64,000 nucleotides of DNA from Candidatus Harrisonbacteria bacterium (lineage in GTDB: Bacteria; Patescibacteriota; Minisyncoccia; UBA6257; UBA11618), in NCBI GenBank assembly GCA_023244855.1, contig JAHFLO010000002.1:8017-72016 (forward strand). Reading direction: 5' to 3'. The first letter of the stretch is position 1. Each line of letters starts with the position of its first letter. Made by a program: the position numbers and the translations under genes. Positions 1-8,085 of this stretch are shown here, piece after piece. The notes beneath the pieces were generated by a model. It was not told where the DNA came from. It was given only the letters and a program-made list of their open reading frames with translations, and searched no databases.

Positions 1-158
1 CCTCTTAGGCGTATAGAGTACAAAGAACCAGTAATGCCCCCATCCACCCAAACCCTACCGGAACCGATACGTACCGCCTTGCGAGAAGAAAAGGATAGGA
101 AGGATAATCAATTGATACGGTTACCAACCGACCAATCCCGCGGGAACAACAACAATCT

Positions 159-881
159 ATGACACTTGAACAAATCGCCCGCCTCTACGTCATATTTAAA
201 ACGCTCCAGCCGGAAATCAAGGAATGGATAGCTTCGGATGACACAAGCGCAATCATTAAAGCGATTGCCGCGCGCTTTATTCTTTCAGACGAGCAAGAAC
301 GCGTTCTACCCCTCTTAGTACTTCGTCTCGTGACGCAAGACCTGCCGCCGGAAAGCTTTAAGGCGGAGCTCGCGAAAGAAACGGGTGTAGACACGGAGCT
401 CGCGAAAAATATTACGGATGCGATAGCAAAAGAAGTAATAGAGCCAATTGCCTCCGCCCTCCGCTATAGCGGCGTGAATACAGCTCTTTTAGGATTTAAC
501 GCCCCGGCAACAGCGCCGCATCCGGCAAGCGAAGCAATGCCGCGCCCCGCACCAGCACCGCAGCCACCGATACCCACAGACCCCATACAAACGGCCACGG
601 AAAACGCGCCCGAATCCATCCTTGTACCAACACCCCTACAACCCTTCATCCTCCACGAAGAGCCGCGCGCAGTAGCCGCACAAAGTGGAGCAAGATCCTT
701 CAGCTACTCCCCACAGACGGATACGGGCGTGGAGAGTACCACTTCTCCGCGTGTCGTGATCGAGCGCGTAGTTCACTACAGCCAATTACGCACGCCGCTT
801 AACATTGCGAGCACGACAAGGAGCGCCCCCGAAGGGGATCGAGTAAAGCCGAAGCTCCCGCAATCGAAGTGGTTTACCTAG
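159..881 (+). CDS. hypothetical protein with Pro/Ala-rich low-complexity centre; first gene upstream of the T4SS-like operon
   Basis: 240-aa ORF in ORF track. No recognisable domain. Central PAPAPQPPIP stretch. Ends 5 nt before the next co-directional ORF. Confidence 0.4.
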   Translation: MTLEQIARLYVIFKTLQPEIKEWIASDDTSAIIKAIAARFILSDEQERVLPLLVLRLVTQDLPPESFKAELAKETGVDTELAKNITDAIAKEVIEPIASALRYSGVNTALLGFNAPATAPHPASEAMPRPAPAPQPPIPTDPIQTATENAPESILVPTPLQPFILHEEPRAVAAQSGARSFSYSPQTDTGVESTTSPRVVIERVVHYSQLRTPLNIASTTRSAPEGDRVKPKLPQSKWFT

Positions 882-885
882 CACT

Positions 886-1362
886 ATGCAATTCCAAGTA
901 CCCCAATACATAGACGTCGAGGACAAAATCGTAGGTCCTTTAACTCTCAAGCAATTCTTTTATATCGCGGGTGGGTTCCTCACGATATTCGTATCGTTCT
1001 TCGTACTCGTGACATGGCTTTGGCTTATAACGTCGGTCTTCATAGGCACTATGTCGCTTGCATTCGCGCTCGTAAAATACAACGGCAGGCCGCTCATGAC
1101 GGTAACGCTCGCCGCCATCCGCTACTATACCGGCGGCCGCACATATACATGGCAAAAAACGGATAGCGTAAAGAAGCAAGCGCCTACGGGATTGCTCGCC
1201 AAGCTCGGGCTCGGTATGACGGCGGGTACGCGCCCTGTCGCAGGGCGCGAAACATCAGTTAACGGGTTTTTTAGTCGCAGCCTGCCAGCGCAAGACCGCA
1301 CGGAAATCGTGCGCCGCACGGACGGCGACCGTGCGATCGCTAAACGGATAGACTACAGATAG
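886..1362 (+). CDS. PrgI/VirB3-like small membrane protein of conjugative T4SS
   Basis: N-terminal pattern QVPQYIDVEDKIVGPLTLKQFFYIAGGF followed by two TM helices matches the PrgI-family layout. It sits immediately upstream of the VirB4-family ATPase, as in Gram-positive type T4SS loci. Confidence 0.5.
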   Translation: MQFQVPQYIDVEDKIVGPLTLKQFFYIAGGFLTIFVSFFVLVTWLWLITSVFIGTMSLAFALVKYNGRPLMTVTLAAIRYYTGGRTYTWQKTDSVKKQAPTGLLAKLGLGMTAGTRPVAGRETSVNGFFSRSLPAQDRTEIVRRTDGDRAIAKRIDYR

Positions 1363-1372
1363 AATTAACGAT

Positions 1373-2053
1373 ATGGCAGAAGAATCCCTCGCAACCCAAA
1401 ACCTTCTCGAAGCGGAACGCATCGAGCGCAACTGCATAGTATTACGGGACGGCGGCCTGCGCTCGGTAATTCTCGTATCCGGCATGAACTTCGAGCTGCG
1501 CTCGGAAGACGAACAAAACGCCGCGATAGGCGCGTACCAGAATTTCTTAAACGGGCTCGATTTCTCTGTGCAGATTTTCATCCATTCACGGAAGATCAAT
1601 ATCGACGGATACATACAAGAACTTTCGGGTATTGAGCGAGGAGAAATAAACGACTTATTAAAAGGCCTTATTGGCGGATACAAAGACTTCGTGGCATCTC
1701 TCGTGGCAGACAACCCGATTATGGAAAAAACCTTCTTTGTGATCGTGCCGTACGACTCCGTATTACCCGCAAACCAACGCGCAATATTCGACGCCATCAC
1801 CGGATTCTTTAAGCGTAAAAAAGTAGCCGACCCGACAGAGGCCGTCCCTACACCAGAAACCACAGCACCCAAAGCTAACGCAGTGGGGGACAGCAGCTTC
1901 GCCGCACTCACTCAGCGCACCGAGCAGGTAGTAAGTGGCCTTTCGCAAATAGGCCTCCGCGCCGTGCCGCTTGAAGAAGACGAGCTCGCGGAACTCTTAT
2001 ACAACCTCTACAACCCCGAAACCGTCGAACGCCACGTTATCCCTCAAGAATAA
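1373..2053 (+). CDS. VirB4/PrgJ-family ATPase, N-terminal domain (separate ORF)
   Basis: Sequence LRDGGLRSVILVSGMNFELRSEDEQNAAIGAYQNFLNGLDFSVQIFIHSRKINIDGYI...FFVIVPY closely resembles the N-terminal region of PrgJ/TraE/VirB4 proteins. Ends with TAA at 2051-2053. Confidence 0.7.
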   Translation: MAEESLATQNLLEAERIERNCIVLRDGGLRSVILVSGMNFELRSEDEQNAAIGAYQNFLNGLDFSVQIFIHSRKINIDGYIQELSGIERGEINDLLKGLIGGYKDFVASLVADNPIMEKTFFVIVPYDSVLPANQRAIFDAITGFFKRKKVADPTEAVPTPETTAPKANAVGDSSFAALTQRTEQVVSGLSQIGLRAVPLEEDELAELLYNLYNPETVERHVIPQE

Positions 2054-2057
2054 ACCC

Positions 2058-3758
2058 ATGAAAAAAGACCTCGCAGACATCATCGCCCCGCCGGAAATCA
2101 CGATAGCGCCAGACCACATGAAGGTGGGGAAAAAGTTCGCCCGCACGGTTTTCGTTTCCAACTACCCGCGCTACCTTTCGACCGGATGGCTCAGCCCCAT
2201 CGTTAACGCGCCTGAGCTTATGGACGTGAGCATCTTCATGCATCCGGCCGATACCGCAGACACGTTAAAAAAACTCAAGCGGAAGACGGCACAGATCGAA
2301 GCGCAGCTCATGGACCAAGAAGAGAAGGGATTAGTGCGGAACCCGCTACTCGAAACCGCGTACCAAGACGTGGAGGGTCTGCGCGATTCGCTCCAGCAGG
2401 CGCGCGAACGCCTCTTTATGGTCGGTCTCTATATAACGTTCTACGCCGACACCTTAAAAGATCTAGAAATACTCGAAGGCCGCATCGTGAATATGCTCGA
2501 AACGCGACTAGTATACGCAAAGCAAGCGACATTCGAGCAAATGGAAGGATGGAACTCAACGCTCCCCATAGCCGCAGACCGGCTCGCAGTGCACACACCC
2601 ATGAATTCCGGACCCGCTTCATCACTCTTCCCGTTTGTCTCGACCGACCTTACGGGCGACACGGGAATACTCTACGGCGTAAACCGCACCGATAACACGC
2701 TCGTGATATTCGACCGCTTCAGCCTTGAAAACGCCAACATGGTTATCTTCTCCAAGTCCGGTGGCGGTAAATCGTACGCCGCGAAACTCGAGGCACTCCG
2801 GCTCATGATGACAGGGGTCGACGTGATAATCATCGACCCCGAGCACGAATACAAAGCCCTTGCCGAGTCCGTGGGTGGTAGTTTTATAAATGTTTCACTC
2901 GCTTCAACCGAACATATTAATCCGTTCGACATACCGAATGTCCCCGAAGACGAAAGCGACGACGACGCCCTGAAGTCGCACGTCGTCACGGTAGCCGGCC
3001 TCGTAAAGATGATGGTGGGGGAGATAACGCCCGAAGAGGAAGCGATGCTTGACCGCGGTATTACGGAAACCTACGCGCTAAAAGACATCGTCCCCGGTAA
3101 AGACTTTTCCAAAAAAACCGCGCCCGTGCTCGCGGACTTGAAGACCGTCCTCGAAAGCATGGAGGGAGGTAAATCAATCGCTGAACGCCTATACCGCTTC
3201 ACGGAAGGCAGTTATTCGGGCTTCACGAATTTTTCCACAAACGTTGACCTTAGTAACCGCCTTATCGTCTTCTCCCTTCGCGACCTCGAGGAAGGCTTAC
3301 GCCCCATCGCCATGTACCTCGTGCTCAACTTCATCTGGAACGTCGTGCGTGGAAAGATAAAAAAACGCGTCATGATCGTCGACGAAGCATGGTGGCTCAT
3401 GCGCTACCCCGAAGGCGCCTTATTCCTCTTCGGGCTCGTAAAGCGCGCACGCAAATATTACTTGGGCGTAACAACTATTACGCAAGACGTAGAAGATTTC
3501 CTTCTTTCGCCCTACGGCCGCCCTATTATTACTAATTCATCGTTACAACTACTCCTTAAACAATCGCCGGCGATGATGGACGTACTCCAAAAGACGTTCA
3601 ACCTCTCGGAGGGGGAGAAGAGCCTCCTTCTTGAAACACCCGTGGGGCAAGGGCTCTTTTTCGCGGGAACGAAGCACGCCGTAATACAAGTGCTCGCCTC
3701 TTCGCCCGAAGATAAGGTAATAACCACAAACCCGAAAGATACCGTATGGAAGAAATAA
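2058..3758 (+). CDS. VirB4/TrbE/CagE-family T4SS ATPase, C-terminal ATPase part
   Basis: Walker A FSKSGGGKSYAAK, DPEHEY and Walker B MIVDEAWW motifs typical of VirB4. An in-frame ATG at 2058 lies 4 nt after the stop of the N-terminal ORF. The longer track ORF 1971-3758 is probably an upstream overextension. Confidence 0.8.
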   Translation: MKKDLADIIAPPEITIAPDHMKVGKKFARTVFVSNYPRYLSTGWLSPIVNAPELMDVSIFMHPADTADTLKKLKRKTAQIEAQLMDQEEKGLVRNPLLETAYQDVEGLRDSLQQARERLFMVGLYITFYADTLKDLEILEGRIVNMLETRLVYAKQATFEQMEGWNSTLPIAADRLAVHTPMNSGPASSLFPFVSTDLTGDTGILYGVNRTDNTLVIFDRFSLENANMVIFSKSGGGKSYAAKLEALRLMMTGVDVIIIDPEHEYKALAESVGGSFINVSLASTEHINPFDIPNVPEDESDDDALKSHVVTVAGLVKMMVGEITPEEEAMLDRGITETYALKDIVPGKDFSKKTAPVLADLKTVLESMEGGKSIAERLYRFTEGSYSGFTNFSTNVDLSNRLIVFSLRDLEEGLRPIAMYLVLNFIWNVVRGKIKKRVMIVDEAWWLMRYPEGALFLFGLVKRARKYYLGVTTITQDVEDFLLSPYGRPIITNSSLQLLLKQSPAMMDVLQKTFNLSEGEKSLLLETPVGQGLFFAGTKHAVIQVLASSPEDKVITTNPKDTVWKK

Positions 3759-4165
3759 CAGAAGCACCTAAAATAAACGGTATCGAAGGAGCCGTCATGG
3801 TCGGCGTGTGTATTCTCTTCGATGTTGCGGATTTTTTTGCCACGTTTCTCGACGCGCTGTTCGGCGCAGGGGAGCTCGTTAAGTTTTTTATCAACGCCTT
3901 CGCTTCCGTAGTACTCTGGCTGTGGGCTACTATGAAAGGAGTGGGTGCCGAACGCACGCTCGTAGGAAACCTTCTCGAATTCGTTCCGATAATAAATACG
4001 CTCCCGATACGGACGATAGCGATGCTCGCGACCATATGGCTCGACCGACACCCGAAGCAGGCGGAGCTAGCGGAAAATCTCGCACCAAAAATAAAAAATC
4101 CGAGACGTGCCATAGGTAGAAGGGCTCTTGCCGCAAAAGCCGCGAAAACAACGCAAGTCGCATGA
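3746..4165 (+). CDS. small hydrophobic membrane protein (T4SS operon member, unknown role)
   Basis: 139 aa with 2-3 predicted TM helices and a basic C-terminal tail. Start overlaps the VirB4 stop (translational coupling). Confidence 0.4.
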   Translation: MEEITEAPKINGIEGAVMVGVCILFDVADFFATFLDALFGAGELVKFFINAFASVVLWLWATMKGVGAERTLVGNLLEFVPIINTLPIRTIAMLATIWLDRHPKQAELAENLAPKIKNPRRAIGRRALAAKAAKTTQVA

Positions 4166-4740
4166 ACTACGCCATGAAAATAATCCTAAAAACGATACTT
4201 ATACTCGGAATATCCCTACCAGCACTCTCGTATGCCGCGCCAGAGCTTATCATTACGTGGAAGGCGGCGTCGTATACGCCTAAAGACTATGCCGGAAAAG
4301 CATTGCCTATAGCGGGGACGCCAATCGACGTTTCAGCGCTACTTATCGACGGAGGGAAAGTAATAAATCTTGCTTCGTACGATATCAATTGGTATGCAGG
4401 CGAAGACCGCATCGCAGGCGGTAAGGGAGTCGCAACCACGCGCACGAAAGCACCCATCACAGGACAAGATTTTCTCGAGCTGCGCGTAAACGTAGGGAAG
4501 TATGAAAATCAGCCGCTCGACGCGTTCGTTACTATCCCCGTGGTCCGCCCAGAAATCCTTATACGAAAAAAGGAGGGCACAAAACCGCAAGAGTTTTCTA
4601 TAATTCCCTATTTCTGGAACATCCTAAGCGAAAGCGGGCTCACGGTTACATGGGAAGATACCGGAGATACCGTAACCGCGAGCGCGGAAAATAAAAAAGA
4701 TCCAATGGAATTCGCGCGCATGACCACACCAAAACAATGA
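4162..4740 (+). CDS. secreted protein with signal peptide (T4SS operon member)
   Basis: N-terminal MKIILKTILILGISLPALSYAAP signal-peptide-like segment. ATGA overlaps with neighbours on both sides. Confidence 0.4.
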   Translation: MNYAMKIILKTILILGISLPALSYAAPELIITWKAASYTPKDYAGKALPIAGTPIDVSALLIDGGKVINLASYDINWYAGEDRIAGGKGVATTRTKAPITGQDFLELRVNVGKYENQPLDAFVTIPVVRPEILIRKKEGTKPQEFSIIPYFWNILSESGLTVTWEDTGDTVTASAENKKDPMEFARMTTPKQ

Positions 4741-5528
4741 AACGGATGCTTATAGCCTCATTACTATTCTACGCCCTCGTAATTGGGGGTGCAGCTTACG
4801 CACAGGCGCAACAAGATCCGTTCGCTCAGTACGGATCCGCAACGACCGAACGGTGTGGTCCCCAATTCAACGGCGATTACATATTATGCGAATCGACGGG
4901 TGGACTCATACAACAACGGCAAACCAACTTCGCCGCATTCCTTCGTGAGATGTATACTCTCGCCTTTATTCTCGCCGGCACCGTGGCTTTCGTGCGCATC
5001 GTCTACGGGGGAGTACTGTATAGCTGGAGCGGCGTTATAGACCAGAAAAAGAAGGCGATAGGAATATTTTGGAACGTCGCGACTGGCATGGCACTCCTTA
5101 TGGGGTCGTACGCCGTCTTAAACACTATAAACCCCGCACTTACCATCCTCGCTCTGCCGAACGTTACAATGAGAAGACCACAGAACAGCAGCGTACCAAC
5201 GCTACCACTTTCATCACTAAATGAAATGCCGTCACCGATCGATCTACTCGATAAGTCGATCAATGGCATTAGAAAAGAAAATGAAGCACTTATAAACGGC
5301 CTCGGACTTTATACGCTCGGTATGGACGCAGAGGCGACACGGGACCTCGTTAACAGCGAAATAGAAAGAATAGGAACTCCCTCGAATAACGCGGAACGCG
5401 CGCGACTCGGCGAACTGCAAAAATCCTTACAGGAACTCGAAGAAATCGAAGCGCAAGCGAATGCCGTTAGGAGCACTCCTACAAACACGCCGCCTCAGCA
5501 ATATAAACGTACTAAGACAACCCAGTGA
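4737..5528 (+). CDS. VirB2/TrbC pilin-like domain protein with long C-terminal extension
   Basis: Signal peptide (LLFYALVIGGAAYAQAQQ) followed by two hydrophobic helices (MYTLAFILAGTVAFVRIVYGG; IGIFWNVATGMALLMGSYAVL), the hallmark layout of T4SS pilins. Then a Pro-rich/coiled-coil C-terminal region. Assignment by architecture only. Confidence 0.35.
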   Translation: MKRMLIASLLFYALVIGGAAYAQAQQDPFAQYGSATTERCGPQFNGDYILCESTGGLIQQRQTNFAAFLREMYTLAFILAGTVAFVRIVYGGVLYSWSGVIDQKKKAIGIFWNVATGMALLMGSYAVLNTINPALTILALPNVTMRRPQNSSVPTLPLSSLNEMPSPIDLLDKSINGIRKENEALINGLGLYTLGMDAEATRDLVNSEIERIGTPSNNAERARLGELQKSLQELEEIEAQANAVRSTPTNTPPQQYKRTKTTQ

Positions 5529-6388
5529 GTAAGTGGCTTTTCATATCCGTAACCGTCGTACTCGTGGCGCTTTTTGGCACCGTGGCGTATTACGGCATGC
5601 AGGCGCTCGAACCGCATACGTACGTTCCGACCGTAGAAGAAGAGGTGAAGGTTACTGCGACAAGCACGCCCACAACATCGCTTTCTTTACCGAGTCTCCC
5701 CGGACTGCCAGAGAAAAAACCAATACCTGTTTCTTTGGATGAAATCTCAGCCGACCCCGTAAAAGTTTTAAACACCGAAGAGCAGCTCGCATACCTCGCC
5801 ACCTCGACGATCCGCGAACTGAATCCCGACAAGCTCTTCTTCGCGCCGAAAGACAGCCGCGCATACCCCTACGGCAAAAACGATATGTTCGTAATCGAAC
5901 GCCCGTCGAACCTTGTGCGAACGTCCTTATGGACTATTAATACGTCAACGAAGACCGTTTCACGCATTGCCGGCCCTAGCTTCGGATTAATGGCACGCTG
6001 GTCCAAAAACGGCCGCTATGTTTTTACCATGAGCGCGGATCAAGCCGGAGCGCTCACGCTTTCTTTTATTGATACGAAAACGAAAACAACGACACCGCTC
6101 CGCATAGCCACACTCCCATCCAAATGTTTCATCATGGACGCTAGTCCCATAATGTACTGCGGCGTGCCGCAGGGTGCGCCCGAGGGAGTAGTGCTACCCG
6201 ACGATTACCTCAAGAACAAGTTCGCCTCGACGGACCGCATCGTAAAAATAGATTTTAAAACCCCTAAGGTAACGGAACTCTGGAGCGGCACGTCAGAATC
6301 CCTCGACATCCAAAACCCCGCCGTGATCGGCACCAACTTATTCTTCACCAACAAAACCGACGACTCCGTCTGGAAGCTGGCCTTATAG
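5525..6388 (+). CDS. N-terminally membrane-anchored, beta-rich extracytoplasmic protein (last gene of T4SS-like operon)
   Basis: Single N-terminal TM (LFISVTVVLVALFGTVAYY), Pro/Thr-rich linker, then a beta-rich domain. Overlapping start with the upstream gene. Confidence 0.4.
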   Translation: MSKWLFISVTVVLVALFGTVAYYGMQALEPHTYVPTVEEEVKVTATSTPTTSLSLPSLPGLPEKKPIPVSLDEISADPVKVLNTEEQLAYLATSTIRELNPDKLFFAPKDSRAYPYGKNDMFVIERPSNLVRTSLWTINTSTKTVSRIAGPSFGLMARWSKNGRYVFTMSADQAGALTLSFIDTKTKTTTPLRIATLPSKCFIMDASPIMYCGVPQGAPEGVVLPDDYLKNKFASTDRIVKIDFKTPKVTELWSGTSESLDIQNPAVIGTNLFFTNKTDDSVWKLAL

Positions 6389-6473
6389 AACGTAATTAAG
6401 ACTTGTATCACTTTTACGACGACCGTCGTTAAAATGATATATTCGTGCACCACCTAGTAAGCCTCGAAAAAAA

Positions 6474-6908
6474 CTAAAGTAACGGCTTCACGATAACCCT
6501 GCGGTCGCGTTTGTCGCCCGCGCTTTCGGTCTTCACGTCGGGACGGGTGGCGAGCTCCGTGTGCACCAAGCGGCGCTCGTACGCGTTCATTGGCGGCAAT
6601 TGCACATCTGCTTTCGTTATCAAAACCTTGCGCGCTGCCGCTTTCGCAATCTCCACAATCAAATGCTCGCGCTCCTTGCGGTAGTTGTTCACGTCAACGT
6701 ACACCATGCCGTGCACGCCGACCTTGCGGCCGATAGTGCGCGCGATGAAGCCGAGGTCGGCGACGAGGCGGGGGATCCATTCTTTAAGCCATTCACCCTC
6801 GTCCAAGAATATCGAAAACCGCGCGCCCGCGGGGTCGAGTTCCACAACGGAGCCGGAAAACCCAGCTACCCGCAAAAGTTCGTTAAGGGCTTGTTTGATA
6901 TGCTCCAT
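6474..6908 (-). CDS. khpB: Jag/KhpB RNA-binding protein (KH + R3H domains)
   Basis: R3H-type motif RRLVHTELA and KH-like region. Canonical position downstream of yidC in the rpmH-rnpA-yidC-jag cluster. Confidence 0.75.
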   Translation of the reverse strand: MEHIKQALNELLRVAGFSGSVVELDPAGARFSIFLDEGEWLKEWIPRLVADLGFIARTIGRKVGVHGMVYVDVNNYRKEREHLIVEIAKAAARKVLITKADVQLPPMNAYERRLVHTELATRPDVKTESAGDKRDRRVIVKPLL

Positions 6909-6915
6909 AGAATAC

Positions 6916-7566
6916 TTATGTTTTAGGGAATTTCCGTTCCACGTGCAACTGTTGGGCTATAGAGAAAAGCGTCGTCGTTACCCAATAAATGCCGATAGCG
7001 GCAGGGAGCGACCATAAGACCGCAACGGTAATTATAGGCCCAATCATTACCATATTGCGCGCCGTCTGCGCCGCAGGGCTCTTATCGTCCTTATTGCCGG
7101 CCATGCTCATTACGCCCAGTAAATACTGCAGAAGCGCCGCAATGACAACCAAAAGGATACTCCGCTCGCTGAGCGTTATCAATCCTAAAAAGGACTGTGA
7201 AAGCTCCGGTAGAGGCATAAGGAAAACCTGGTAGAGAGCGATCAATATCGGCAATTGGACGAAGATAAGTCCGAGACTCATTAAGGGATTTACACCATGT
7301 TCCTTATAAAGCGCCATTAAGGCCTTACCTTGCTCTTCGCGGTTGCCTTTATGCTTCGTCTGGATGTCTTGAATATGCGGCTGGATCTTTTTCAAGACGT
7401 GCTGCTGTTTAAGACTCTTATAGAAGAGAGGATAGAGCACTAAACGCACGATAACGGTAAGTAAAATAATCGCGGAGCCGAGGTCGCCGAACGTTATATT
7501 CGCGTGCAAAAAAAGCAGCAGCGCGAGAAGCGGATCAATTAAGAGAAGATGGAATAAGTTCGTCAT
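6916..7566 (-). CDS. yidC: YidC/Oxa1-family membrane protein insertase (short form)
   Basis: Multiple TM segments and the conserved YidC core (LYPLFYKSLKQQHVLKKIQP...YKEHGVNP). Between jag and rnpA as in the conserved origin-proximal cluster. Confidence 0.85.
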   Translation of the reverse strand: MTNLFHLLLIDPLLALLLFLHANITFGDLGSAIILLTVIVRLVLYPLFYKSLKQQHVLKKIQPHIQDIQTKHKGNREEQGKALMALYKEHGVNPLMSLGLIFVQLPILIALYQVFLMPLPELSQSFLGLITLSERSILLVVIAALLQYLLGVMSMAGNKDDKSPAAQTARNMVMIGPIITVAVLWSLPAAIGIYWVTTTLFSIAQQLHVERKFPKT

Positions 7567-7849
7567 GCCATTGTTTGGCTGTATACGCCGCGGCCGCCGG
7601 ATGCGTGATCACAAGGTAATCGGCAACCGGCCACGCGGCCATAACCCCCTGCACTGCCGTAAACGCCATGCGGCGGATTTTATTCCTGCCCACGGCGGAC
7701 TTCGCAACACGCCTGCCTACCACGACGCCGAAACGAGCGTAGGGGAAAAGGGCGGGAAAGATTTTTACCGTAAAAGCGGGCTTGCGCACCGTGCGGCCGT
7801 GGCGCAGAAGCGCCTCCTGCACCGGCAGGCGGTTCTTCTTAGCGAGCAT
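7535..7849 (-). CDS. rnpA: ribonuclease P protein component
   Basis: KKNRL...RFGVVVGRRVAKSAVGRNKIRR pattern typical of RnpA. Overlaps the yidC start and the rpmH stop as usual. Confidence 0.85.
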   Translation of the reverse strand: MLAKKNRLPVQEALLRHGRTVRKPAFTVKIFPALFPYARFGVVVGRRVAKSAVGRNKIRRMAFTAVQGVMAAWPVADYLVITHPAAAAYTAKQWHDELIPSSLN

Positions 7850-7991
7850 GCACCGCGGTAACCGCGAGAGATTTCCTTCCCTTGCGGCGGCGCTTGGTTA
7901 TAACGCGCGCGCCCATAGAAGAAGACATACGCTTCAAAAAACCGTGCGTCCTGCGGCGCTTTTTCTTGTGCGGATTGTAGGTTTGACTCAT
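7842..7991 (-). CDS. rpmH: 50S ribosomal protein L34
   Basis: Manual translation of the minus strand gives MSQTYNPHKKKRRRTHGFLKRMSSSMGARVITKRRRKGRKSLAVTAVHAR (L34 signature). Not in the ORF track (<60 aa). Stop overlaps the rnpA start. Confidence 0.8.
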
Positions 7992-8050
7992 GCGGCTATT
8001 ATAGCAGATTCGGACCCGCTTATCAACACGTTTTTTTCGTTACGTCATTA

Positions 8051-8078
8051 TTGACAGGGGAACGCCCGACTCTACAAT
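8051..8078 (+). promoter_or_regulatory. sigma70-like promoter of dnaA (TTGACA-16nt-TACAAT), -10 ends 7 nt before ATG 8086
   Basis: TTGACA at 8051-8056 and TACAAT at 8073-8078. The first ATG (8077) overlaps the -10 element. The second ATG (8086) is 7 nt downstream, a leaderless configuration. Confidence 0.45.
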
Positions 8079-8085
8079 GAGTACC

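Noticed and set aside
6561-7017. Plus-strand ORFs (121 and 110 aa) over the jag/yidC region
   Set aside because: Antisense to well-supported Jag and YidC coding sequences.
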